This document shows positions 27,889 through 36,154 of a DNA stretch of 36,204 nt, one piece after another. Below the pieces are notes generated by a model. The model saw only the letters and a program-made list of their open reading frames with translations. It was not told the origin of the DNA and did not search any database. Location of the stretch: sequence record DRR378314_367; one strand, 5' to 3'. Made by a program: the position numbers and the translations under genes. How positions within the stretch are numbered: the stretch's first letter is position 1; the number at the start of each line of letters is the position of its first letter.

Positions 27889-28899
27889 ATGATCGAAACC
27901 CGTACCCTCTCGCTTGCTGAAATCGAAGACCTGTCCTTTCGGGCGCTGGTGGCCGCAGGCACACGCGAAGAAAACGCGCGTCCCTTGGCGATCGCGACAG
28001 CGGCGACCGAGGCCGATGGAGTTGCCAGCCATGGCCTGGCCTATATCCCGATCTATTGCGAGCATGTCCAATGCGGCAAAGTGGACGGGCAAGCAAAGCC
28101 GGTTCTGGCGCAACCGCGCCCCGGTGTCGTGACTGTCGATGCGGCCACAGGATTTGCGCATGCGGCGATAGATGCCGGGTTCGAAGCTTTGATCCCTGCC
28201 GCTCGCGCGCAGGGGATCGCCGCACTGGCGATCCGGAACAGCTATAACTGTGGCGTTCTTGGTTACCATACTTATCGGCTGGCGCAGGCCGGGCTGGTTG
28301 GTCTGGGCTTTACCAATGCTCCGGCCTCGATTGCGCCATCTGGTGGTTCGAAGCCGGTTGTGGGAACCAATCCGTTCTCAATCGCCGCTCCGGGCACGGA
28401 TGGGCAGCCCGCCCTTCTGATTGATCAAAGCGCCAGCACCATCGCAAAAAGCGAGGTCATGAAACACGCGCGCGAGGGCAAGCCGGTTCCGGTTGGCTGG
28501 GCGCTGGACGCGGAAGGAAATCCAACAACTGATCCGAATGTCGGGCTGAAGGGCTCGATGGCACCATCAGGTGGCTACAAGGGCGTAGGTGTGGCTTTGC
28601 TTACCGAAGTTCTGGCCGCCGCGCTGACCGGCGCGACGCTGGGAATTCACGCGTCACCTTTTTCCGGCACGGCTGGCGGCCCTCCGAAAACAGGCCAATT
28701 TTTTATCGCGATCGATGCTTCGGCAACCTCTGATGACGCGTTTTCGACGGGAATCGTCGATCTCGTCGAAGCGATCCGGGTTCAGGAAGGGGCACACTTA
28801 CCCGGTGACGGTCGCCGGGCAAAGCGATTGGCTGCAAAATCTGAAGGCGTCGCCGTGAACGTGGCGACGTTGACCAAGATCGAGGCCCTGATGACTTAG
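27889..28899 (+). CDS. Ldh_2-family (type 2 malate/L-lactate dehydrogenase; DpkA/ComC-like) NAD(P)H oxidoreductase
   Basis: EADGVASHG, VDAATGF, GTNPFSIAAP, GWALDAEG.PTTDP, GGYKG, LPG. Confidence 0.9.
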   Translation: MIETRTLSLAEIEDLSFRALVAAGTREENARPLAIATAATEADGVASHGLAYIPIYCEHVQCGKVDGQAKPVLAQPRPGVVTVDAATGFAHAAIDAGFEALIPAARAQGIAALAIRNSYNCGVLGYHTYRLAQAGLVGLGFTNAPASIAPSGGSKPVVGTNPFSIAAPGTDGQPALLIDQSASTIAKSEVMKHAREGKPVPVGWALDAEGNPTTDPNVGLKGSMAPSGGYKGVGVALLTEVLAAALTGATLGIHASPFSGTAGGPPKTGQFFIAIDASATSDDAFSTGIVDLVEAIRVQEGAHLPGDGRRAKRLAAKSEGVAVNVATLTKIEALMT

Positions 28900-28975
28900 G
28901 GCCTTGTAGCGCAAATCCGGGGCGCATGAAAATAATGCCTGGAAATCGGGACACGTGCGAACAGGGAGGAAACAC

Positions 28976-30790
28976 ATGTCTATGAAGGATCCTTTTACCG
29001 ATCTGGAGATCAAGCGATCTACGGGTGGGTTCTATGAAGGTCACAGCGTCGAGATTGCCTTGCTCAGCAAGTCAATCATGGTTGCACTTGTGATATGGGC
29101 ACTGGTCTGGCCAGCAAACGCTAACGGTGTTTTGGGAAGCCTGAACTCGCGTCTGCTGGAAGACTTCAACGCCTTCTACATCATCATCGTCGGCTTCTTT
29201 GCTTTCTTCCTGTTTGTTGTGGCCGCGCTGCCGCAAACTGGTAAACGTCTTATGGGCACAGAAGGGGAAAAGCCCGAGTTCTCAGACTTTTCATGGTTTT
29301 CGATGATGTTCGGCGCCGGTTTGGGCGTTGGGTTGATGGTATTTGCCACCGCCGAGCCCCTGGGTTTGTGGGGGTCAAATCCGGTCGTGATTGCGGGTGA
29401 GGTCATTGGCAATACCGAAGACGCGTTGCAATCAGGGTATCGCTATACCTTCCTGCACTATGGTTTCCATGCCTGGGCGATCTATGTGGTGACCGGTTTG
29501 TCGCTGGCTTACTATGCCTACACCCGTAACATGCCGCTGACGATCCGCACAGCGCTGACCCCGTTGTTTGGCAAGCTGATGAATGGCTTTCTTGGTCATG
29601 TCGTCGACGTTCTGGGTGTTGTTGCGACAATTCTGGGCGTATCGGTGACAATCGGCTTTGGTATATCGCAGTTCATAGACGGTCTTTATGCCATCACCGG
29701 CATGCAGTGGATCATGGACCTAAGCGGTGATGTCCCAACGCCCAGCACCGTTGGATTGCTGGCAGGTTTGATTGTCATCATGGGTCTGTCGATCGTTTCG
29801 GCTGTCTCGGGTGTTGGTCGTGGTGTTAAGTATCTGTCGAACTTGAACCTGGTGCTATCGCTGGTCCTGTTGCTGGTCTTCGTCGTCTTTGGGTCATTCC
29901 TGTTTGCGATGACCACCTATGCAACGGCGTTTGTTGACTACATCTTGCACTTCGTCTCGCTCAGCTTTGGTGCATTCAACCCGCAATCAGCAGCAGCGTT
30001 CGACGCGGCCCTGCCAAGTGAAGCCGCGCCGTTCGCCGACGCTCTTTACGCCGGTGCGACCAACCCATGGGGTTCGTTCGACGGGTTCAGATCAGGGCTG
30101 GAAGGCGAGGCAGCAGCGTTGCCGGAAAGCGTTCTTGCTTCGGTTTACGCAGCAGGTGACCCGGGTCGCCAGTTTGGCTGGCAGGCAGGGTGGACCACGT
30201 TCTACTGGGCCTGGTGGATCGCGTTCTCTCCCTTCGTGGGCCTGTTTCTGGCGCGCATCTCAAAGGGGCGCTCGGTCCGTGAGTTCATCATCGGTTGCGT
30301 ATTCGCACCGGCGTTGGTCTGCTTTGCCTGGATGACCATTCTGGGTGGCACCGCGATTGACCTTGAACTGAACGGAACTGCAGAAGGTGCAATCGTTGGT
30401 GCATCGAACACCGCCAAGCTGTTCGTTACCCTGCAAGAGATGATCTCGGGCGGTCTGCTGTCTGGCATCACCGTGATGTGTGTGGTGCTGATCATGACAT
30501 TTCTGGTCACATCGGCAGACTCGGGCATTCTGGTGATGAATACCATCATGTCGGGCGGTGATCAGAACATCGGCAACAAGCACAAGATCATCTGGGGTAT
30601 GATCCTTACAGCTGTAATCGGGGCCTTGATCCTCGCGGCAGGTGAGAACAACCCGATGGATGCGTTGCGAAACGCGATGATCATCGGTGCGTTGCCCTTT
30701 ACGGTGGTCATGGGCCTGATGTGCGTGGCGCTTGCCAAAGCACTGTATCGCGACGGTTTGCGGCAAAAGCACGCTGCACCGGCCGAGTAA
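28976..30790 (+). CDS. BCCT-family (betaine/carnitine/choline) transporter
   Basis: PEFS.FSWFSMMFGAGLGVG, WTTFYWAWWIAFSPFVGLFLARISKGRSVREF signature, FLVTSADS. ATG 28976 follows GGGAGG. Confidence 0.95.
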   Translation: MSMKDPFTDLEIKRSTGGFYEGHSVEIALLSKSIMVALVIWALVWPANANGVLGSLNSRLLEDFNAFYIIIVGFFAFFLFVVAALPQTGKRLMGTEGEKPEFSDFSWFSMMFGAGLGVGLMVFATAEPLGLWGSNPVVIAGEVIGNTEDALQSGYRYTFLHYGFHAWAIYVVTGLSLAYYAYTRNMPLTIRTALTPLFGKLMNGFLGHVVDVLGVVATILGVSVTIGFGISQFIDGLYAITGMQWIMDLSGDVPTPSTVGLLAGLIVIMGLSIVSAVSGVGRGVKYLSNLNLVLSLVLLLVFVVFGSFLFAMTTYATAFVDYILHFVSLSFGAFNPQSAAAFDAALPSEAAPFADALYAGATNPWGSFDGFRSGLEGEAAALPESVLASVYAAGDPGRQFGWQAGWTTFYWAWWIAFSPFVGLFLARISKGRSVREFIIGCVFAPALVCFAWMTILGGTAIDLELNGTAEGAIVGASNTAKLFVTLQEMISGGLLSGITVMCVVLIMTFLVTSADSGILVMNTIMSGGDQNIGNKHKIIWGMILTAVIGALILAAGENNPMDALRNAMIIGALPFTVVMGLMCVALAKALYRDGLRQKHAAPAE

Positions 30791-30801
30791 ACAAGCATTT
30801 T

Positions 30802-30837
30802 CCGGGCGGTTGCAATGCGGCCGCCCGGCATCCTTTC
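30802..30837 (+). terminator. Probable intrinsic terminator after the BCCT gene
   Basis: GC-rich hairpin CCGGGCGGT..GCCGCCCGG (30802-30828) 11 bp after the stop; only a weak T-tract (CATCCTTT). Confidence 0.55.
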
Positions 30838-31008
30838 AAGCCGCGATACCGGTCTAGTGAAGCACGGTGAAGGTATCGGACGAGCACGAATATCAAGCAT
30901 AATCAATCTTGTACATGGCACTCTGCCAATGGGGTAAGGAATCCCCACCTTGCCGTCAGCTGACAACACACTTATCTCCGAGTGCACATTTTGGATCGGA
31001 GTAAGCAC

Positions 31009-32010
31009 TTGAGCAATACCATCCAGGTCTCAATACGCGGTACGGGTCATTATCTACCGGGTGCACCGGTGGCCTCAGAATCCCTTGATGCCAGAGAGGG
31101 TCTGGAGCGCGGGTATCTTGCACATGAGACCGGCGTTGAATTTCGCCACTTTGCTCGGGGCATAGATCAGATCGAAATGGCGGTCGGTGCTGCGAGGCGT
31201 GCACTGGATCAGGCCGGATTGACAGGGGATGATATCGACCTTGTTATTTCCGCCAGCGGGGTTCCTTTCCAAACGCTGCCTTCTACTGCACCGCTTGTGA
31301 TGCGGGAACTTGGGATGGCTGATGGCAAGGCTGCGGCGTTTGATGTCAACAGCACCTGCACCAGTTTTATCAGCGCATTCGAGGTTGCCAGCAGGCAGGT
31401 CGCCGCGGGCGTTTGCCGCCATGCTTTGATCGTATCGTCCGAGATAGCATCCCGTGGCCTGCCTTGGGAAAAACGGCCCGAAGTCGCCGCGCTGTTTGGA
31501 GACGGAGCCGCCGCTGCAGTTATCGGAGGCGCAAGCGGACACGAGGAAGGTATCCAAGCGTGCCTGATGCGCAGTTATCCATCGAAATACGAAGCATGCC
31601 AGATCGCAGCTGGAGGGACGCGGTTTGACTATCATGAAAATCCTGATGAGTTCGCCCGCAACACCTTGTTTCAGATGAATGGTGCTGATCTGTTCAAGCT
31701 GACAATAAAGCATTTCCCTGATTTCGTGGATGAGTTGCTGGAGAGGGCGGGTTGGAGAAAGGATGATGTTGATCTTGTCGTCCCCCATCAGGCCAGCCCG
31801 CATGCTCTGAAACATATGGTGCGTCAAACCGGGTTTGGTGCCGGAAAGATCGTTAATCTGGTGGCAAATATTGGCAATCAGATCGCAGCTTCGATTCCGA
31901 CAGCGCTGGACCACGCGCGTCGAGAGGGGCGGGCGGAACCGGGAACCCGCTTGCTGATGCTGGGGACCTCAGCGGGTGTTTCATTCTCGGGTCTGGCCAT
32001 ACGGATGTGA
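31009..32010 (+). CDS. 3-oxoacyl-ACP synthase III (FabH)-like condensing enzyme
   Basis: Cys-His-Asn triad in STCTSF, VPHQAS and IGNQIAAS; ALFGDGAAA. TTG 31009 is 7 nt after GGAG. Confidence 0.9.
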   Translation: MSNTIQVSIRGTGHYLPGAPVASESLDAREGLERGYLAHETGVEFRHFARGIDQIEMAVGAARRALDQAGLTGDDIDLVISASGVPFQTLPSTAPLVMRELGMADGKAAAFDVNSTCTSFISAFEVASRQVAAGVCRHALIVSSEIASRGLPWEKRPEVAALFGDGAAAAVIGGASGHEEGIQACLMRSYPSKYEACQIAAGGTRFDYHENPDEFARNTLFQMNGADLFKLTIKHFPDFVDELLERAGWRKDDVDLVVPHQASPHALKHMVRQTGFGAGKIVNLVANIGNQIAASIPTALDHARREGRAEPGTRLLMLGTSAGVSFSGLAIRM

Positions 32011-32996
32011 ACGCCGTGCGGGTGCTGGTAACTGGGGCAACTGGATTTCTGGGTGGCAAGGTGTGCTGCGTCCTGCGGGATCGGGGTTTTGCTGTTGTTG
32101 CCACCGGTCGCTCGGTGCATCGTTGTGCGGAATTGGCTGAGCAGGGGTTCGAGGTTCGGCCTGCCGATCTGTCTACACCTTTGGAACCCTCGCTGTTTGG
32201 CGCGCTAGACGCTGTTGTTCATGCCGCGGCTCTCTCTGCACCTTCGGGTCCGCTGCCGGCGTTCCGCTCAGCGAATGTAGACGCCACTCGCAACATTGTG
32301 GCACTTGCCCGACGGGTGGGGGTGCGTCGTTTCGTGAATATCTCCTCGCCCTCGGTCTATTTCGCACCACAAGATCAGTTGGATGTCAGGGAAAGTTGCA
32401 AATTGCCTTTGCCGTTCAACAACTATGCGCGTACCAAGGCAGAGGCCGAGCGTATCGTGCTGGATGAGCCATCGATTGGTCCCATCAGCCTGCGCCCTCG
32501 CGGGATCTACGGCCCCGGCGATACGGCTTTGTTGCCCAGACTTTTGAAAGCGGCGCAGGCGCATCCTCTGCCTTTGTTTCGGGGTGGGCGGGCCAAAATC
32601 GACCTGACGCATGTGTCTGATGTCTGTGAGGCTGTGGTTGCGGCCTTGATTGCGGGTCCTGAGACGGAAGGTGAGGTGTTTAACATTTCCGGTGGTGAAG
32701 TTCTGCCCATCAGACAGATCATCGAAAAGGCGTGCACGCGTGCGGGCATTCAGCCGAGATGGCGGCCAATGCCGATCAAACCCGCGCTTGCATCTGCGCG
32801 ACTACTTGAACGACTAAACACCCTGCTTCCTGGTACAGGTGAACCAAAGATCACGGCCTATGCGCTTGCGCTTTTGGCATTTGAGCAAAGCCTCAATATC
32901 GAAAAAGCCGCCAGAGTTTTGCAATGGCGGCCGAAAATTCGTTTTGATGAAGGGCTTGAGGACGTGTTTAGAACTAGCGCTGAGGGCATGATGTGA
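32007..32996 (+). CDS. Extended SDR (NAD-dependent epimerase/dehydratase; 3-beta-HSD/OleD-like)
   Basis: TGATGFLG, VVHAAA, ISSPSVY, YARTK (YxxxK), LRPRGIYGPGD. GTGA overlap. Confidence 0.9.
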   Translation: MNAVRVLVTGATGFLGGKVCCVLRDRGFAVVATGRSVHRCAELAEQGFEVRPADLSTPLEPSLFGALDAVVHAAALSAPSGPLPAFRSANVDATRNIVALARRVGVRRFVNISSPSVYFAPQDQLDVRESCKLPLPFNNYARTKAEAERIVLDEPSIGPISLRPRGIYGPGDTALLPRLLKAAQAHPLPLFRGGRAKIDLTHVSDVCEAVVAALIAGPETEGEVFNISGGEVLPIRQIIEKACTRAGIQPRWRPMPIKPALASARLLERLNTLLPGTGEPKITAYALALLAFEQSLNIEKAARVLQWRPKIRFDEGLEDVFRTSAEGMM

Positions 32997-33820
32997 AACT
33001 GCACTTTGCCAACAGCGCGTTTATCTCAGCGCCCGAATGCGTCGTGCAGCCTGGCGGGCGCTGGCGCACTACGCTTGGGCTGCGGGTGCGATATGGCATA
33101 TTGGTGCACCCCCGGCATGGCCCGGTTCTGATTGATACGGGCTATAGCAAGGATATCTTCGAAGGGACGCGCAGCTTTGGTTTGCGCGCTTATGCTGCCG
33201 CCTTCGGTCCCGTGCTTGCGCAGGATGGTCAGACTGAGGTTGCCTTGAACCAGCTCGGTTTTGCGACCTCGGATGTAAGCAAGATTATTATCACCCACTT
33301 CCATGCTGATCATGTTTCGGCTTTGCGCCGCTTTCCGCAGGCAGAGATTATCACGGACCTTTCTACTCTGACGACCATCCTTAACAGGGGCGGATTTACA
33401 AACCTGCGTCACGGCATCTTTCCCGAACTTCTGCCACATGATCTGTTGCATCGAGTAGTTGATATCGCTGGGTCGCCCATTGCGCGGGCACCTTTGACGT
33501 TGGGCATCGGGCGCGATCTGTTTGAGGACGGATCGGTTATCGCAGTCGATCTGGCTGGCCATGCCGAAGGGCATTTTGGGCTTTGTTTCCCGCAGCTTGA
33601 TCCTGTTCTGCTTTACGCCTGCGATGTCCAGTGGGTACAGGCGGCTTTGGCAATGCCTCGACAGCTCCCACTATTGGGGCGGATCGTCTCACAGAATAAG
33701 CACGATGCTTTGCGCTCTAGCCGCAAGGTGGCAGAATTCCAGCGCGCTGGCGGTACGGCTTTGCTTTGCCACGATCCCGCGCTGACACCCTTTGATCTTG
33801 AGCAACTGTCCAATGACTGA
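32993..33820 (+). CDS. Metallo-beta-lactamase-fold hydrolase
   Basis: LIDTG, THFHADH (HxHxDH), GHAEGH, ACD, CHD. GTGA overlap. Confidence 0.9.
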   Translation: MKLHFANSAFISAPECVVQPGGRWRTTLGLRVRYGILVHPRHGPVLIDTGYSKDIFEGTRSFGLRAYAAAFGPVLAQDGQTEVALNQLGFATSDVSKIIITHFHADHVSALRRFPQAEIITDLSTLTTILNRGGFTNLRHGIFPELLPHDLLHRVVDIAGSPIARAPLTLGIGRDLFEDGSVIAVDLAGHAEGHFGLCFPQLDPVLLYACDVQWVQAALAMPRQLPLLGRIVSQNKHDALRSSRKVAEFQRAGGTALLCHDPALTPFDLEQLSND

Positions 33821-35075
33821 CCTGTGGCATATTGCGCGGTCATTTGCTGCCACGCGGTACCACACACGCAAAGGCCTTTCGCGTGCGGCTTTCATGCGCT
33901 GGCAGGACAAAGCCGTTCAACGCTGGCTGGAACATGACGTGCCAAAGGTAAGTTACTATGCCTCTACCGAAGCAAGGCTTGAAGCCCTGCCAATCATCGA
34001 CAAGACAATTCAGATGGCTGATTTTGGCGCGTTCAATCTGGGCGATGTATCCGCTTCAACCGGCTGGCGGTGTTTTGAAACGACCCAAGCCCACGGCGAG
34101 ATCAGTGTTGGCGCCAGCACAGGCACCAGCGGCAACCGCGCGCTATATATGATCACCCCGCAGGAAAGGCTGCGCTGGCTGGGAACCATACTGGCCAAGG
34201 CGCTGCCCCGGTTTCCGTTTCAGGCCGAGCGCGTGGCGGTGATCCTTCCGCAGTCATCTGCGCTCTATGATACGGCGGCGCGCGCCAATCGATTGAAATT
34301 GGCCTTTTTTGATCTGACTGAGGGAATGGAATACTGGTCCAAGCAGCTCGCCGCGTTTGATCCGACCTGTCTGGTTGGTCCACCACGTGTTCTGCGTGCC
34401 TTGGCCGAGGCGGATATCGGGATTAAACCCCGGATCGTATACGCGGGTGCAGAAACGCTTGATCCGGTGGACCGTCAAGTGATTGAGGCAAAACTTGCGG
34501 TTCAACTTGGACAGATTTACATGGCCACCGAGGGGCTGTTTGGTGTCAGCTGCGCACATGGGAACATTCATCTGGCTGAAGACGCTGTAAAATTTGAATT
34601 CGAACCCGCCGGAGATGGGTTGGTGAACCCAATCGTGTCCTGCTTTCAGCGTCGATATCAGATCATGGCACGTTATCGGATGAATGATCTGTTGCGCCTT
34701 ACGCCTGGGCCTTGCCCATGTGGTTCTCCCTTGCAGGCGGTCACTGAAATCGTAGGTCGGATTGATGATGTTTTTATTTTCAATACGGGCGGAGCGCAGA
34801 TCTATTTCACCCCTGATGTCCTGCGGAATGCAGTTTTGGATGCTGATCGGAGTATCGATGATTTCCGAATTCTGCGTGTTGCAGAAAACCGAATCGAACT
34901 TATCCTGCCCGACCTTTTTGAGCCTGAGATAGTGCAAAAACCTAAAGTCGCATTGGAGCGATTGCTCCACGCACGATGCGAAGACATTGCGGTTTCGGTG
35001 AGAGTTGCCCAGCTAAGCCCCGACCCACATCGCAAGCTTCGGCGGGTAGAAAACAAATGGCGGCCAGAACCCTGA
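33813..35075 (+). CDS. Adenylate-forming enzyme related to coenzyme F390 synthetase / PaaK
   Basis: LPIIDK, STGTSGNR P-loop, YMATEG, RYRMND, GRIDD. ATG 33813 overlaps the MBL gene end by 8 bp. Confidence 0.85.
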   Translation: MTDLWHIARSFAATRYHTRKGLSRAAFMRWQDKAVQRWLEHDVPKVSYYASTEARLEALPIIDKTIQMADFGAFNLGDVSASTGWRCFETTQAHGEISVGASTGTSGNRALYMITPQERLRWLGTILAKALPRFPFQAERVAVILPQSSALYDTAARANRLKLAFFDLTEGMEYWSKQLAAFDPTCLVGPPRVLRALAEADIGIKPRIVYAGAETLDPVDRQVIEAKLAVQLGQIYMATEGLFGVSCAHGNIHLAEDAVKFEFEPAGDGLVNPIVSCFQRRYQIMARYRMNDLLRLTPGPCPCGSPLQAVTEIVGRIDDVFIFNTGGAQIYFTPDVLRNAVLDADRSIDDFRILRVAENRIELILPDLFEPEIVQKPKVALERLLHARCEDIAVSVRVAQLSPDPHRKLRRVENKWRPEP

Positions 35076-36094
35076 TGAACGGAGCGTTCCTAATCAATGC
35101 CTCGCGCAGCGGTTCGACCATGATGTCCACCATATTGCGCCAGCATCCGGATGTGCTCAGCCTGTCCGAACTTATTGCGACTCAAGGCGCGCGCGCGTTG
35201 CTGCCGGGCGGGATCAGCGGGCAGGCCTTTTGGAAGCAGCTTTCCGAACCCACGGCACTTATGCGTCAATTGGCCAACCCGAAGACGGCCCCGGGTGAGT
35301 TTCTTTATCATACGGTAGATGAGCGCCGATTTGACCCGTTCAACTGCCCACCTATCCTTGCAGTCACACTGCCACATCTCTTTGAGGATCCGGATGCGGT
35401 TTTTGATGATCTGGCCGACATAGTTCCTGATTTGCCAAGGCAGAATCGGGCTGATCACATGAGGGCCGTAATCAACAATCTTGGCGAAAAAACGGGTCGA
35501 AAATTCTGGGTTGAACGGTCCGGAGGCACATTGCTTGCAACTTCTGCGCTCGCCCATGCGTTTCCTGAGGCAAGATTTGTCGTCCTCTTGCGTGACGGGC
35601 GCGATGTCAGCCTGTCGATGCAGAACTACAAACCGGCCCGGTTTGTGATCTGGTTCTGGAAACTCGCATCCCGCTTTGGCATCGATGTATTCAAACCCGG
35701 CACACAAATCGGCAGCGCCGGGTGGATCGCCATGGCGGAAAAACTCTCGGGGAGGGCATTGCCGATGGCACGCATCCTCAACACCAAGCCCTCTATCGCA
35801 GACGCCGCCGCCTGCTGGTCAGCCCTGACCAAAAGTGGCCTTGAACAGTTCAGGGATATCCCGAACGAACGCAGGTTGGTCATGCGCTATGAAGCGGTCG
35901 TGGCCGACCCAAAGACTGAACTGTCCCGCCTGTCGCGCTTTCTTGCGTTGCCGAAGAACTCAAATTGGCTCGAATTTGGCGCGGGTGTCCCTCGGGCATT
36001 CCCACCGCGCCATACCGCATTACCCATGTCGGAACAGCGTGCCCTTGCCAATTTGACCGAGGCTGCGCGGGCAGAGTCCGATCAGCTTGTGTGA
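35075..36094 (+). CDS. PAPS-dependent sulfotransferase
   Basis: 5'-PSB loop SRSGSTM, LRQHPDV..LSE, 3'-PB motif RDGRDVSLS, RYEAVVADP. TGATG overlap with the upstream gene. Confidence 0.85.
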   Translation: MNGAFLINASRSGSTMMSTILRQHPDVLSLSELIATQGARALLPGGISGQAFWKQLSEPTALMRQLANPKTAPGEFLYHTVDERRFDPFNCPPILAVTLPHLFEDPDAVFDDLADIVPDLPRQNRADHMRAVINNLGEKTGRKFWVERSGGTLLATSALAHAFPEARFVVLLRDGRDVSLSMQNYKPARFVIWFWKLASRFGIDVFKPGTQIGSAGWIAMAEKLSGRALPMARILNTKPSIADAAACWSALTKSGLEQFRDIPNERRLVMRYEAVVADPKTELSRLSRFLALPKNSNWLEFGAGVPRAFPPRHTALPMSEQRALANLTEAARAESDQLV

Positions 36095-36154
36095 TCCTAA
36101 AGCATCCGGCATACAGCACCGATTAGCTTTAAGTAGGAATTACATATGTTTGGA

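Noticed and set aside
27889-28899. comC sulfolactate dehydrogenase
   Set aside because: Family membership fits, but no sulfonate catabolism genes are nearby and the operon context points to an N-methylated substrate; symbol withheld.
30844-30947. Structured RNA or sigma54 promoter upstream of the FabH operon
   Set aside because: Only short dyads (CGATACC/GGTATCG, TGGCA-N3-TGCCA, TGGGG/CCCCA); TGGCAC lacks a correctly spaced TTGC, so there is too little support.
32993-33820. Antibiotic-resistance beta-lactamase or quorum-quenching lactonase
   Set aside because: HxHxDH only defines the fold; there is no signal peptide and the gene is embedded in a biosynthetic operon.
31009-35075. Canonical oleABCD cluster or housekeeping fabH
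   Set aside because: The hydrolase is MBL-fold rather than alpha/beta, the adenylating enzyme is F390/PaaK-type, and there is no plsX/fabD/fabG/acpP context.
1-36154. att duplicate of the tRNA 3' end, integrase, IS element or CRISPR array
   Set aside because: Only short chance matches to GGTGCTGC inside coding regions were seen by eye; no recombinase or transposase ORF and no spaced direct repeats.
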